This document shows positions 1-14,949 of a stretch of 64,000 nucleotides of DNA, in pieces; the stretch's first letter is position 1, and each line of letters opens with the position of its first letter. Under the pieces are notes generated by a model that saw only the letters and a list, made by a program, of their open reading frames with translations, had not been told where the DNA came from and searched no databases. The stretch is from Octopus vulgaris (Eukaryota). The stretch spans positions 96,038,001 through 96,102,000 of the forward strand of contig OX597817.1 of assembly GCA_951406725.2 (NCBI GenBank). Direction: 5' to 3'. Both the position numbers and the translations under genes were made by a program.

Positions 1-948
1 TGGTAGTTGTGATAAGGTGGAACGGTAAAGACTGTAGTTTTTCATTGAACTATGTTTTAATCGTCTATCATTTAACTCATGCGCTTTATTGTAAACGATG
101 TTGTCTAAAACCCAATCTTTCATATTTATTTATCTCATTTTATTCTGCCACCGTCAACGTATGTAACGTTTAACTATGGAATGAAATCGAGGAACAAAAT
201 TGAAGATATAATCTATTATTGACAAACCATTATATCATTCATAAGACAGTTGACAAATAGAGAAATACTGAAATTAAAAATAACGATATCTATATAATTC
301 ATAATGTATTTACGAATGTACAATAGCACTAGCTGTAAAATTTCAACTCAGAGGCAAAATTCGTTCTCCTTAATGAATTTGTGTGTTAAAAACTCAGCCT
401 GTGCTAAATGAATCACCGAACCGCAGACACTGATGTTTCAGAATAATCTTCCTCCTCTGAGACGGACACTCCAGATCATTCTCATATAGGTAAGAACTTT
501 CGTTGTAGTGTATGCAAAAAAAACATTTGCTGATTTTTGCGGAAACTGGCCAAGCAAAACGCATATGAAGATTCAATGAATAGTTTTATCAATGTACAAT
601 GGTTGCCATCAAAAGTTATTTCAACTACTTGAATTGAAAAATTTGACAGAAACTATGAAAAAACTTCTAGGAGAAGCCATTATTCTCAACAAGTGTTGAC
701 TCTTGCTGATGAGAACCAAGTAGCTCTTTACCCACTACAGTTTTCGAAATCTCTTAAAATCTTGACTACTGAAACATCTATGCATACATATATATATACA
801 TACATACATACATACATACATACATACATACATACATACATGCATACATACATACATGCAAGCATACATACATACATACATACATTCACTCACAAACGTA
901 CACACACACACAAACACACACGCACACACACACATACATATGTATATA

Positions 949-2920
949 TACTAGCATTATGACCCGGCGTTGCCGGGTCATAGTGCTAGTGCATGTATAT
1001 ATATGTGTATATATATGTGTACATCTATATATATACATCTACACATAAAATACAAAATACAAAGTTATATCTTGATATCGCTAGTGATAACAATACTCAA
1101 AATATATAACAGACTGGAATTGTAGGCCCGTCTCTTGCAATTTCGATCAATTGTATCTTGTCCGCCCTCTTGTATAGAAGTGTGGCTACAATCCAGCCTA
1201 CCTCTACTTCTGGGGGGACGTTTTTAATTTTTATCCGGGACGTCCTACGTCCCAGATATAAAGGTAAAAATAAAATATTTCCACTTTGCAAGGTTCGAGT
1301 CGAGTACTCCCTTGCACGCTCCGTTGACTCGAACCTTGCTTCTATTGTGGCGAATTTACCGCCTCTGGTTAGATACTTTATATCTTTCATAGTCGCACCA
1401 ACACACTTTTCGATTGTACTTTCCTCCAGGTGTTCAAATCATTTTCTTTTCTCTACATTGTATACTTTATAGACAATTGTTTTTTCTTTAATTTTATTTT
1501 TTATTTCGCTCGGTGGTGTTATCCTAGATTCACCGTCTTTGTCGGTGATCAATCGGAAACAGGTTTGTATTTCTTCCATTTTAATTTTAATGAGTTCGCG
1601 CCCGCCGATGGCTGCAGCGAAATTCATTTTCGGACTTTCTTCTATCGAAGACATTTTAACAAAAATGCTTCCATATAAACGGTGGAAATATTGTCAATTT
1701 CCCCAAACAGGGACACAATTCACTTTTTAAACAATAACCAAAGCTCCTTCTCACAAAGGGGGAGTGTTACGGTTTACAATTATTTAACAAATGCAACACA
1801 ACAACGCTTCCCTTACGAGGAACCAACAAACGTGATAACAATAGTTAAACAGTAATAATAATAACAACAAACCTTACGGTGAATCAAAAAGCAGTACTCA
1901 GTTGAAGCTATAGTATATATATGAGTATATATATTTGTACATCTATATATATATACACCTACATATAAAATACAAAATACAAAGTTATATCTTGATATCG
2001 CTAGTGATAACAATACTCAAAATATATAACAGACTGGAATTATAGGCCCGTCTCTTGCAATTTCAATCAATTGTATCTTGTCCTCCCTCTTGTATAGAAG
2101 TGTGGCTACAATCCAGCCTACCTCTACTTCTGGGGGGACGTTTTTAATTTTTAAGTGTTATGGATCAGAAATAAACCAACAGCAGTACTCAGTAGAAGCG
2201 TCTGTTCGAGAAAACAGACATTACATACAGCCAAACTTCATATAGATACTTAATGCTAGCTAATTAGCAGATAATCTAATGTAAAAGCCGTGGTAAAGGG
2301 TATGTGCACAGCTCCATCTAGACTATTCCATTTCTGCACTTAAGTTTTATTTTTTATTTATTCCCATTCATGTGAAACCACTTATTCAAGTTCAAGTCAT
2401 TGATGCAATTTTATACCAATTGCTATTTTTACTTTTAATTATGTTACGATTTAATTATTATTACTTACTACATATAATTCAGTTGATTTTAATTATTACT
2501 TACTACATATAATTCAATTGTTATTATTATCTCCAATTTTTATTGTTAAAGTAAAAGTATCTTACATAAAATAGAGAAATGTAATACTGAATAGTGGAGA
2601 AGATATGATATTGCTATGGGCTCGCCCTAAGCAAGAAGTTGAACAATTATTTTGCCCATGAAACTACATGGACCCTAAGTAAGGCATGTGTAAAATTTGA
2701 ATGAAATTGGTTGTGTAGTTCTCAAGTTTTAGGGAATCATAGTGAAGAAGATATGATATTGCTATGGGCTCGCTCTAGGCAAAAATGGAACATTTTTTTG
2801 CCGATGACACTCCCCGGACCCTAAGTAAGGCATGTGTAAAATTTGAATGAAATTAGTTGTGTAGTTCTCAAGTTTTAGGGAAACACACAGACAGACAGAC
2901 AGACACACACACACACACAC
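949..2920 (+). mobile_element. Non-autonomous Helitron/HINE (DINE-1-like) element carrying a LINE ORF1 fragment
   Basis: Terminal hairpin actagcattatgacccggcgttgccgggtcatagtgctagt; tandem ~140-nt internal units (2590-2880); (CAGA)n near the end; related inverted copy at 26826-27835. Confidence 0.65.
1097..1654 (-). pseudogene. Frameshifted L1/Tx1-type LINE ORF1 fragment
   Basis: Consecutive ORFs 1439-1654 and 1097-1390; RIKIKNVPPEVEVGWIVATLL resembles ORF1 RRM-like motifs. Partial direct duplicate at ~1940-2152. Confidence 0.5.
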
Positions 2921-2989
2921 ACTTTGCTAATTCTTCGTATCAACATGCAAACATCAGATACATATTTACCCTTTTATTATAAGAAAACG

Positions 2990-3120
2990 TAAATTCCCCC
3001 GCGGTCGACTTTGCCTTTCATCCTTCGGAGTCGATAAGTACCAGCTGAACACTTGGATCGAAGTAATCGACTTACCCCTCCCTCAAAATTGCTGGCTTTG
3101 TGCCAAAATGTGACACCATT
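2990..3120 (+). mobile_element. SINE fragment (same family as 15319)
   Basis: gtcgactttgcctttcatcctt core shared with the 4916 and 15319 copies. Confidence 0.65.
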
Positions 3121-3751
3121 ATAAAACGTAATTTTTATATCAAATTTGTGTTAGTCATCTCCATAAACAAAAGTTAAGTGAACAATTATATGATGATATC
3201 AGTAGAGTTGAGGATCTTTTTAACCTAAAGATATTTGCTAATCAGTCGCCTTAACATATTAAGAGAATGTAGAAAACCCAAGTGTCAAAAGAAGCAAAAT
3301 TAACAAAAAAGAGAGAGACAAATTGTTGGTAATACAAGAATTGTTTAAATAGTAAGTTATTGTTTTTAAGTGTTTTTAGGAAAGTATATATTTAATACAA
3401 CTATATAACTTTTTTGTTTCATTAAACGGTTAATTTTTCTTAGTAATGTTGCTTTTATCTTTTTCTTGATTATATTGCAGTAAAATAGAATATTATGTAT
3501 TTCGTTCGTAAAACAACAGGCTTTTACTAGATTAGAAATAAGGATATGATGTTCGAATCGAGTTAGCTAGCATGTACGTAACCTGGAATAAAACAATGGA
3601 TAATGAGTGAAGTTTGAAGTCATCGAAATATAGCGTAGATAAAGAACTTTTTGGAGTTCTTAAAGAACTTTAAAGAAGCGGTTAATAGTTTTAAAACTTT
3701 AATCATATTAGTCATTTTGTAGTTTAAAAAGTGTTTCTCTTTCTTTTCTAG

Positions 3752-3775
3752 TGATTTATCGAACAACTACGACTG
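3752..3775 (+). CDS. 24-nt micro-exon (phase 1-1, xIYRTTTT linker) of vWA-domain gene
   Basis: Polypyrimidine tract + AG (tttctctttcttttctag), followed by a GTAAG donor. Frame-compatible with the next exon; Thr-rich linker resembles the 21079 exon. Confidence 0.6.
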
Positions 3776-4578
3776 GTAAGAACTAAATTTCGTTTCTATA
3801 TGTATTTCTCAAATCGACTAAATTAATATTCTTTTCTCACGCCAAATTTTCACGGCACATTTAAGTGAAATAAATTCCTCTGTGTTCAATATTCTCAGAC
3901 ATTCAGGCTAGCTAAACTTTCTAAAACCCATATGATCATAGATTACACTGCATACTAGTTTTAGTTTCTGCAACAACTTCAACTGAACTACTTAATAAAT
4001 ATATGCCAAATTAAATTTCTTTCAGAAAATATTAGAATATATATTTTTTCGTTTTCATTATAAAAATATAATTATTTGATGAGGGAGAAATTTACATTAG
4101 TGAAGGGGAGAGAAGATGTATCGTAACGGTCATACGACTAGATTTCATGGGAGTATTTGAAATGTGAGTGAAGTTAAATACTTTTTACTGAGGACAGAAA
4201 TGCATCACAGCTTTTGCTTACTTGAGCTTACATGTTGCTAGCTCTACAGCAAAACCAACGTTCAAACTATTCAAAATTGGATGCATAGCTTGACTTCTTC
4301 ATAGATCGCACACAAAGAAGTCAGTCGGTGCCAACGGTTAACTTTCATATGAATAATTGACAAAAGGTTGTGGATTTCAGAATCGAAAGAGTACTGGGCA
4401 ATGCAGTTGTTAGTTACATTTGTTATGTTTTGAGTTCCAATCCTACTTGGCTTTTCAGTTCCTTTTATCCCCTCATCAATACACTGAATTTTGCTTCAAG
4501 TGGCTATACATATCCTCAATATTAATAATTTACGTAAGGATTATTCAACAAATGATACACATATATGTATGATTTCAG

Positions 4579-4727
4579 CAATCACACCTGTAATATGTAC
4601 CAATCCAGCTGACATCGTATTTGTTCTTGATTCTTCAACCAGTATCAGTAAAGCAGATTTCGAAAAACAGCTTGAATTCGTTAAATATTTTGTACGCAAT
4701 CTAAATGTTGGTCAAAGTGGAAACCAG
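4579..4727 (+). CDS. Exon: N-terminal half of a vWA domain (cartilage matrix protein/collagen VI-XII-like)
   Basis: tttcag|CA ATC ACA...AAC CAG|gtatgt. Encodes CTNPADIVFVLDSSTSISKADFEKQLEFVKYFVRNLNVGQSGNQ with the MIDAS DxSxS motif. Confidence 0.9.
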
Positions 4728-4915
4728 GTATGTAAATATTTACATTTACTATATTTGATTACAAACCAAACTTTGCTGCCAGATATTCACGCGATACTTA
4801 CTTTCTAAGTACACTATAAAGATTGTTCCCAAATTTCTGCAATTTACTTTGTGGTAACCATTTACATGAATATTATGTTTATTTATTTATTACTCTTTAA
4901 TATTTGAGAAGACAA

Positions 4916-5112
4916 AGGAGGTGATCTAGCAGAGTCGATAGCACGCCAAGCAAAATGCTTAACAACATTTCGTTCGTTTTTACATTCTGACTTCAAATTC
5001 CACCAAGGTCGGCTTTGCTTTTCATCCTTTCGATAATATAATCACAGGGGTCGATGTAAACGACTTACCCGCTACACTGAAATTGCCGGCCTTGTGTCAA
5101 AACTTGAAACCA
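4916..5112 (+). mobile_element. tRNA-derived SINE
   Basis: A-box-like tagcagagtcg, B-box-like ttcaaattcc, and the shared tttgcttttcatcctttcg core. Confidence 0.7.
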
Positions 5113-7559
5113 ATATTTGGGTTGACTATTTAATCAAATTGATGTAAGTTGAGTATAATTTACTTCAATCTGATTAAATTTTCAGCACTAAATTACTATG
5201 CAGTATACCGTAGCTATCGAGGATCGTTAACATCTTGAATATACAAGATTTTTACTGCGTTATTCGGCAGCACATGCAACTCATTTTCAGTTGAGTAGAG
5301 TGAAGCAACATATAATAAAATGCCTTATACAAGAATATAAATGAACCACCTGGTCCCACAACCTGACGATTCTAGGTCCAATAACCTAATTACTAGGTCG
5401 CGCGCATTCAAATATACAGTAATTTGGATGGAACTTTGGTTTCATTGATATTATTCCATCGCTGATTACATATTTTCCAGGTGGCTAAAAATTGACAAGA
5501 ATGGAGGATATTTCCAGCAGAGTAATAATTAAACCCATAATTAAACCAATAATTAAACCAATAATAATTAATCAGATCACAAGCAATTCAGCATTTCAAA
5601 TTTAAAGTCGCTATTTAGTTTCTATTTTTTAATACTTTGATAACTTGATTTGCTACATCTATGGTAATCTATAGTATTCACTAAAGGCTTTTACCTAATT
5701 TCATCTCGATATATCACGATATCTTTATTAAAGAAAAGCAAAGAAAAAGAGCATATAATTTTGCCTTTAGAAAAACAGATTTTTTTAGTATAAGGGCACA
5801 GATGAAGAAATCTCCCTCCAATACATAAAATATTGTGGTTTCCATATATCAAGTATTATCATCTGAGACTACATGCCTAGTCATCAAGACGTGGAGGTGG
5901 CGTGACAACAGTTTTCTCAAACCTGCTTACAGTCGTGCTACAATATCTGGGAGGTGGAGCACAAATCACAGCCACAGATATATTCAGTCATATCGTTCAC
6001 TATCACGTTTGCAATACAGATAGTGATCGCCGAGATGACCAAAAACATGTGGTCGGGTGGGGACTGCATGAAGTCGTCAGAGTGCCATCCTAGAATTGCA
6101 CTCTGTCTTCGATGTAGATGAAGAAAGAAAGCGCTGCAATTGGTAGTCCGGACATTAATGCCAAAATGTTACACAAGCTGTAGCTGTAAGAGCGCTTCCT
6201 TTTCGGTGAAGTAGAAAACGCAGGGGATACAAGAAACTGGAAGAGGGAGGCGCAAACATTATAAAAAGGATACAGAAACTACAACCCCCAGCTCTGATGA
6301 TGATAAAAAAACACACTTTATGTCCAACACCGAAAATCTTAAAAAAAACTCACCTCATCTTTGGTGCTGGAAGCTAACGACTATGAGGGAAATTTTCCCT
6401 ACACAATAGCATCATCCTACGTCTTGCGATGATGAGGAACAAATGTGGCTGCTGCCAAAACTGATAAGTGCAAAAATGGAAAAAATTAATTCAAACTAAA
6501 GGTTCCGAGAGCATTCAGAGAGAGTCCATTTCCAATCAGATCACAAATTCTACACAGCTGTTGAGATAACAGCTGAAATCGATATGGTTCTACTCAACAG
6601 CCAGGAGGAACACAATGAAGAACTATTGCTGACTTGAAGAGACACAGAAATGGAAGGTAGACAGAGCTGCAGAATGCAGAATGCTCTGTTACCACTCATT
6701 CACACTGCAAATTTTATATTGATTATATCTTATCTTTTTTGCTCTGTTTATTTAAACGATATAGTTATTCTCTTTCTAATATATATCAATTTTAAATGTC
6801 CCAAAGTCATGTACCCTTCCTTGTTTCTTATACAATTGTTTATCGTAGCCTACGCTTCTTGGGACGCGATATTTTATGAATGAATGATTCATGAAGTTGC
6901 CCTCCACAACAAAGGAAGACGTGATAGGGCAGAGCAGATAGTTTTCCTCTCATTGGTGGCTTTGGTGAAAGTGATTATGGTGCGTGAAGTTGGAAAGAAA
7001 TAAAGACAGCTCGTTTCTTCTTCAGTCAAGCCTTAATCGATTTTTTCATATTCCATTGGGAAAGAAATGTGAGAGTAAAGGAGGAAATGCTCACTTCAAG
7101 TGAATTTGTGAAAAGGTGGATAACTATTACGAAATGCACCTTAATTGAGAGAATAACAGCTAGAAGGCAGTTGCCGTAATAGCCAGGTTGGTCTGGTACC
7201 TATAGGTCCTTTGATTATCCCTCGCTCGGGGTCCTTATGAATTAGGATGACTGTATCTTCCACGTGTTCAAGTCTATACATACGATATATAGGCTTTATT
7301 TTATTCCCTTTTTTACCCCTCACCCAAATTTATGTAAACCCCATACTACAGGTAACCTTTGTAATACCCACTTCGTTCCTATGGCACATGAAATATTATC
7401 ATTATTTGTACCAATCACTTGCCGAGAAACACCCAGCATCCTAGGGCGAGTGAAGGATAAGACATGTTACAGTATGACAGAAAGCTTGGGAAGAAGTGAC
7501 AGGGAGATAGCGAAATATCTTCATTTAGTACAGCACAGACATTTAAACTGATAGGGTTT

Positions 7560-10500
7560 TTCTAAGGATGTGGGCAGTACTTGTTAGCACAATCTTTTGG
7601 ATTTTGTCTGAGACATGGTTCTCCTGGGATGTTATTTGGATTTCTGACATCCCTTTTTTAAAATCATACCTTGGGTACTTACAATAACAAGAACAGTTCT
7701 TGCTTTAAGATGCCACATCTTTTGTATTTCAATTTCCAGGTCCTTATATTTACTTAATTTGTTAAATTCCTTTACAGATATATTTTTATTAGTGGGAACA
7801 TATCTATTAGTCTACAAGAACTTTTTTCGCTGTCTTTTATAATTATGTCTGTTCGTTTAGTCTGGATCGTTTTGTCGGTGTTGACTGGAAAATCCCAGAG
7901 GATAGTGACATTTTTACCTTCAACGACTGGCTCAGGATGATGTTCGTACCAGTAAGCAGGAGTGCCGATTTTGTAGTATTTACATATTTTCCAATGTAAA
8001 TACTGTCTTATCATATCGTGGTAATTTTTGTATTCATTTAGTGTCAGCACAGGACATCCCGGGACGTAAAAGGTGTCGCAGAATATGCATTTAGAGTCAG
8101 AAATGCTTTGAAGAAAGTTAGCCTGGTAGTTTCTGGTAAACAAGCTTTGATCTTGGGCTGCTAATATGAAACCATCAGTCTCTGCTTTCAGTCCTGAATT
8201 TCTCAGCCACTGAGGGGTTGTTGCTTGGTCTACATCAGTATTTCGATTTCGAAGAATCTGTCCATGCAGATGCTTCTGGCTCTACCGCTCCTCAATTTGT
8301 TCCTGTCCGTTCTTTATTGCAGTCTTCTTGATCCGTTTTACTTGTTTTGGTGGCAGTGATTTCAGGTTCTTCATTTTGCTGCTTTCGAGTTTGCCCGCAA
8401 GCCGCAGCATCCAGTCCTTTGCTCATTGCTATTGTGCAGGCTTTATAGTACAGTTCTGCATCATTCATCTTCCCCCATTACTTCTAGGTAGCTACAGACG
8501 ACCGACATCAGCTTTTGGGTGTTGCATGTTCATAGATATTAGTAGTTTCTTGTCTTCCCATCCAGGCTTTGGAGCTCCGTAGGATTCTAGTTAATGGTTT
8601 TAAAACTATATTGGACTACTGGAAGTACCAGGATGTTAATGGCTTCGATGCGATATTTAAAGTTGAGTTCAGTTTCCAGTATAAATCCCATTCTTCTATA
8701 ATACTCTTTTCTTATTTTTTCTTTCATAGTAACATGTTGTATACTATCTCCTTCGTTTATCCTCAGGATTTTATAATTTTCTTGCGGGTCAAGCTCTTTG
8801 ATGGTAACGTTGGTATCTAACTTAATGGGAGCTGCTTTTCTGAGCTTGCTTCTTACGAAAGTTGCTTTAGCACACTTATCAAGGCCAAAATCCATCCCGA
8901 TGTCATTGCAACTCTACTAGCTCTTGGTCATCTTTAGTAAACAACAATCTATTTAAAACAGATGGTCTATTATAGCATTATAAATTTTGTACCCATCTCT
9001 GGTGTTATTCAGTTCGTTTTAGCGTATGATCAGTGTCATGCAAAAGAGTAATGGGGAGAGGGGGTCACCTTGAAAGATGCCTCGTTTGATGTTGGTGTTG
9101 TTAGATTGCCTCATTCCATTACTATGCTTTAGAAGGAGGCGTGTGTTCCACTTGGCCATGATATCTTGTAAGTATTCGGAGACGACAGGAGAGATCTTAT
9201 GTATCTCAAGGGCCTTGAGTAGCCAATTATGTGGGACATTATCAAACGCTTTCCTGTAATCTATCTATGCCATAATCAAGTCCTTATTGCTCCGGCAAAT
9301 GTCTACAATCATTATATTTATGAGTACTTGATCTTTGCACCCATAAGAATTTCTTTTACTATCTTTTTGAGCTTGTGGAAGGTAGAATTCTTTTCAAGGA
9401 AAGCGTATATTCTTTCAGTTAGTATTGATGTGAGGATCTTGTAGGTGGAGTTGAGACATGTTATTGGTCGGTAGCTCTTCGGATTTTTTGAAGATATGTT
9501 ATTCCCTCAGTCAGCCAGGCAGGTATTTGCTCAGTGTTCTGGGTGACATCAGTTAGAGGTGCAGCAAAATTTTGGTGTATTTCTGTCAAGCAATTCAGCC
9601 AGAAGTTATGGGTCCAGTCCAATCCTGGAGTTTTCCATTCGTGAAACTTTCTGAGAACCCGTCTTAGCTCTTCTGTTCCTATTGCCTCCCATTTTTGCTC
9701 TTCAGCTTTATCCAGTCTCACTTTCTCACGCTCAATCCAGTCAGCTTCAGCATTATATTCTTTTTTGTCGCTCCATATCTTCTTCCAGAGTTCTTCCATT
9801 ACCTCGATCTTAGGTGGCTCCTTTACTTCTATCTTACAGATGCCAATTTCCCTATAAAATGTTTTGCATCCGTCTTGAATACCGTATTTTGCTGATAAAA
9901 TTTGATTCTATTATCATACTTTTTAAGCCGTTGAACTTTCAGCTGTATTCGCTGTTGCAATAGTTCCTTGGTGGCAGGGAAGTTTATAAAATTTTTGATT
10001 TTATATTTTTGTTTGATTTTTATAGCTTGTTTCGTCTTAACATTTACTCTTCTAGCAAGTTCATCGAGAACTGATACAGTCTCTCGCATAGTTTCTTTGT
10101 TTTGCTACTTTGCATTTAGGACATGGTTGGTCCTTTTCCTTGTCCTGATACCTACTTGAGCAGTTACAACTTTAGCAGTGGAATAGACGATGTTATTTAA
10201 GTTTAAGTCATTCCCCTTATTTCTTAAGATCTGTCTAAGAACAACGTTATATATCATGATTATGTTGTTATTTTTTATACTGTTTGAGAACTTTGGTAGC
10301 AGTTCTCTGTTGATCATGTCAGTGAACGAAGTTTTGCTGAGTTTTCTCATAGTATCTTCTTTTGCTTCTAAGATCTACTCTTTATTATTCACCTCATATT
10401 CTGTGTCATTTCTATTCTGGTGTTCGTGAGGTAGGTCTACATTCTCCTTTCTTTTCTGCATATCTGCTCTTCACTATTCGTCTTTCAGCGTCCGCGTTGG

Positions 10501-11100
10501 TATGTACTACTCGTACACTGGGTTTCATGCATTTGTTACCTATTTCATCTGCATTGTTGACATTTTCATTTGGTCTACCATGACATATTTGTGTCCTAAT
10601 TTGGTTAATTTCAGCGTCATTTAACCTTTATTCTTAATGATGTCTCAACGTACATTATTTAATTTATTTGCGTCTATATGTCTACGAACTTCATGGCCTA
10701 CGACGTTTTTCCACGAAATGCGTGTTTATACAATGATGTTACTGTTTGGGTTCAATTGGGCTGTATAGAAAGCTTTCAAAATATATCTATAATCCTCTCT
10801 AGACCATTTTATGTAGTATTTTTGATGGTGTCACTACAGGTCTAGGGTTTGGAATATCCTGGTTCTGGTTACCTAGTAGATCGTTTTATTCATTATTTTT
10901 TTGAGAGTTTGTTCTCTAGCAGCAGACTTTTTGACCCCAGCCTAGTTCTCCGCTGGTTAACGCGGTCCTTGTTGTCCCGGGCGATGACCGATCCAGCATG
11001 AGTTTTGGCTTGTCATTAAAGCATTGACCGTGACATTAGGGGACGTGTCTGTTTGTTCAGAGTTGACTTTTTGACATGACAAGGCTTCCTTGTTCTTCGA
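7560..11100 (-). mobile_element. Decayed near-full-length R4/Dong-clade LINE (RT + restriction-like endonuclease)
   Basis: Collinear broken ORFs: WKKIWS, KTPGLD, FGLDKCAK, CIFC...GCPVL...HWKICK, TILWDFPVNTDKTI...DIIIKD. Confidence 0.9.
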
Positions 11101-11696
11101 ATGGATACATGTATCATATCGCAGCCGCATAAGGCTAATAGGTCGGAATTCGCATCTTTTTTTCTTCTTGGTAGCTATGTTTCCGGGTATAACTGTTTAG
11201 TGATGTTTTAACTTGACTAATTTGCTCCTTTTTTATATTCGTTTGTGGGAAGTCGCTTTGTTTTTGTTTGGTTTTGCGTCGCTCGTGACACATGTTTGTG
11301 TGTGTGTATGTGTGTGTTTGTGTGCACGTGTGTGTCATGTAGGCATTATTTATGTTTCTTATAAATATTGAAATGTGCACATGTATGCATGGACAGTTGC
11401 ATGTATAGGTAGTTGTTCAATTTACGCACTTATGTAATTGGTGTGTTTTTCCATGCTTCCTGGTGCTGGTTTCGACTTCTTGCGATGTCACATTGAGATA
11501 TCGCGCATTTAAGAAAGAAACTACACTTTATATGAAAGATATTTCCGATCTTATTTGTTCTTTGCTTTAACAGAACTTTTCCCATAGTTGCATTGTGAAG
11601 TTTTCTTTCCATTGTACCGATGTAATTGGATTATATTTGTTTTGTGGAGGGAGCTTCTGAGAGAGTACGTCCATATTGTTATTTAGCCCGGAGCTC

Positions 11697-11699
11697 TTT

Positions 11700-11780
<81 letters not shown>
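11697..11780. repeat. (TTC)n(TTA)n microsatellite
   Basis: Seen directly. Confidence 0.95.
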
Positions 11781-11781
<1 letters not shown>

Positions 11782-11849
11782 GACTATGGAGAGATAATTA
11801 ATCTGAAGTAAAAGTAAAGTTGCAGATACTGCTCACCTCACAAAACTTA

Positions 11850-12790
11850 CGAAGGGTTTCCATATTCATTCAACTGGAGAATTTGACAGCAGGTAGTTGT
11901 ATTATAGTTGTAATAGTACCAATTGCGAGAGCCCCTCTGGCAAGAACAGACCCTACTGCTTCCTATACCATCATTATAACAGTAGAAGTATGAACAGCAG
12001 GAAAAAACGAGAGTACTAAGCATACAAACGCATCAACCTTCAGACGCATCTTCATCTTCCCCGTCAATAAATTCATCAAACAGCGAGGAGAAAAAGAACC
12101 CAGGAAACGACAAATAGCTACAAGCGACGCCAAAAAGAAAATATCAAAAGAGATAAAACAGAACTTTACCGATATACCAAAATAACACATAATAGTCACT
12201 CATCAACATAAGCGTTAAGATAACAACGAAAGAACAACACAACAATATCCAAAACCACCACATCAATCCACAACAATGAAAACAGCGGCAGAAAAACATA
12301 CAAGTATAACAACAAGCAACAACAACAGAATACCAAAAGAAACAACTTATGCAACAACCGCGACAGTGAAATGCATAAAAAGTAGACATCGTCAACTTGA
12401 CCATTATAAGTAAAAACAGAAATGACTTTATAGAGTATATATATATCACAGCAATAAAAATAGAACAACAAAAGGAGAAAATTTTAAGAAATACCTTCTC
12501 AAATTATTTGATGACCAAATATTAGCAAAAAACGTACAGTTTCCCAGGATGTGTTAGAATTGAAAGAAAACGAGAGAATTATATATTTAGAAGGGATTTT
12601 CAAGAAACATCATCCTTAAGAAGAAATCTGACTATCGGCCCTTCTCGAGAATCAAATTGAAGAACCTCTTTCGCTACTCTTTTCTTCAATATACATGGCT
12701 TCACACAGAGTGATGTGTGCAAATGTACGTGATCTGCGATCAGCTTGGAACCGAGATCACACGTCCAGCGATCTCAAGTCACAAGAGGTC
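11850..12790 (+). mobile_element. Probable L1/Tx1 LINE remnant (ORF1 tail + start of ORF2 endonuclease)
   Basis: Low-complexity A/C-rich tract followed by MASHRVMCANVRDLRS, resembling the APE N-terminal motif xNVRGL. Confidence 0.4.
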
Positions 12791-12879
12791 ATACATAAAA
12801 AGATAACTGATTTTATCTTTTTTTTTTCCTTGAACCCATACCCAGCTTTCTTGTTTCTCAAAAATCAAAACCAGTAATG

Positions 12880-13136
12880 TCGTTCAAAAAAGCAATGATG
12901 ACAAGCAATCCCCTTGGAAGCTTCCACTTTTGATGTTGACAAAGCCTAAGCTCCACCTCCCCGATGTGTGCTCAATGGTCCATCCATTTGTACTTTAGTT
13001 CAATAGTTTTACGACATTGTGCGCAATTCCAAATACTTTTCGTCAATCCATAATTCACAAATGAGGACCCATATGATATGCTTTCCGATAGTCTATCCAC
13101 GCCATTCCTAAGTTGGTACTACTACTACTACTACTG

Positions 13137-13208
<72 letters not shown>

Positions 13209-13607
13209 TCATCTATATGTCTCTCATCAAGTAAGCTGCCACTGCTCCTTTCCTGTGCTATGAGATTACTCTTATTATTAAGAACTGTATTTTCATTGTT
13301 ATCTCTGCTGCTGTTTTCCATGACCCGTCTTTCGATAGCTTCGAGCTCTACTTCTGTGAACCAACAATTTTTTCTTATTGCTCTAGCTTGATCACATAGT
13401 CACTGTTCCGTGAGTTGAAACAATCCCTTTTCTCTCCAACGATCATACATACGTTGTCTGTAACCCTTAATTTGAGCACCATTTTCATCCACCTGGTTGC
13501 TCAGGTAGTAACACTCCATGACCACAACATTAATTTGTTTGTTCCATCTACGCCGTGTGTGGTGGTCCCTTTCTGGATATCGACAGGCTGGAGCTGGGCC
13601 ATATTCT
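12880..13607 (-). mobile_element. R4/Dong LINE fragments interrupted by (CTA)n
   Basis: NLGMAWIDYRKAY RT motif; IRKNCWFTEVELEAI N-terminal motif. Confidence 0.7.
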
Positions 13608-13609
13608 AG

Positions 13610-13855
<246 letters not shown>

Positions 13856-14894
13856 TTACTTCTCAAAGCTCTCGGTCTTACTTGTTCTGGTTGATTCCAT
13901 TGTGAGAGGTCTCCCAGTCTTTTTCCACAAATTATAAGCTTTAGTACTTGGATGTTAAATTATTGTGGAAGACAAGCACCAATCTCAAAATCCTGCCTGT
14001 TTCAATAGAACAGTTTTGGGGGTCTGCTCTGCCTTTATGTCAATTCTAATTTCTCCGGCATATTTCTCGAACTTGGATGTTAGTGCTTCGAGTGCGGCTG
14101 CAGCTGCTGCTGCTGCTGCTACTACTACTACTACTACTATCATTATTATTATTATTATTGTTGTTGTTGTTATTATTCGATATTCGATAGAAGAGAAAAC
14201 TCTTCCCGGTATTGTATTGCATCCGTTCGTTTTGTTATGAGGTCTGGTTGCATTTTTTTTGTTTTATTAGTGTTTGTAGTGCGAGTTGTGTTCTTCTGTT
14301 GGGTATCCGATTTGTAAAGTACAGTTGTGGGATTGTTTATTTTATTGGATATTTACTATACAGAGTGTGTCATGTGTTTGTGAATTGTTTTATTTGGGTT
14401 GCACTATTAAATTGATAGTGTCTTGCGTAGGATGTAGGCTATTTCTATTTTGGGGTCCACGTACAACTTCTACGTTTTTATTTATACGTTTTTTTTTATC
14501 ATAAGTAATGGTCCAATTAACACTGGTATTGTTTTCATCTTCATGCCCAAACCTTGAATACTTCAATTTCGAGGTATTTCTACTTTGACAAATTTTCCAC
14601 TTCTTTTGGGGCAATATTTTGGTCCGAAGGGACTGTAATGTCTACCAGTAAGTAGGTGTTTTTTAAATCCAATTCTTGATTGTTGTGTTTCATCGATTAG
14701 CTTTTATTTTTTTGTCAGTTTAAGCTGTCATGTTCAAGATAAGTGCGGCCTGGTCGTTGTCTTGTAACCAAATTGGTACATTTTATACCATTTCATGTTA
14801 GATTTTATGTTGTAGTGTTGCCATATAGTCCAGTGGATATAACTACTTATTCGGACAAGTCTGAATGGGCATAATATATACATACACACATGCA

Positions 14895-14944
<50 letters not shown>

Positions 14945-14949
<5 letters not shown>

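Noticed and set aside
706-765. CTGATGA...GAAA resembling a hammerhead
   Set aside because: Stems I and III cannot be formed.
2590-2880. Tandem ~140-nt repeats
   Set aside because: Internal HINE subrepeats with no unique spacers, in a eukaryotic context; not CRISPR.
5800-7550. Higher-GC stretch with short ORFs
   Set aside because: No recognisable motifs or splice-consistent frame; probably an old TE, left unannotated.
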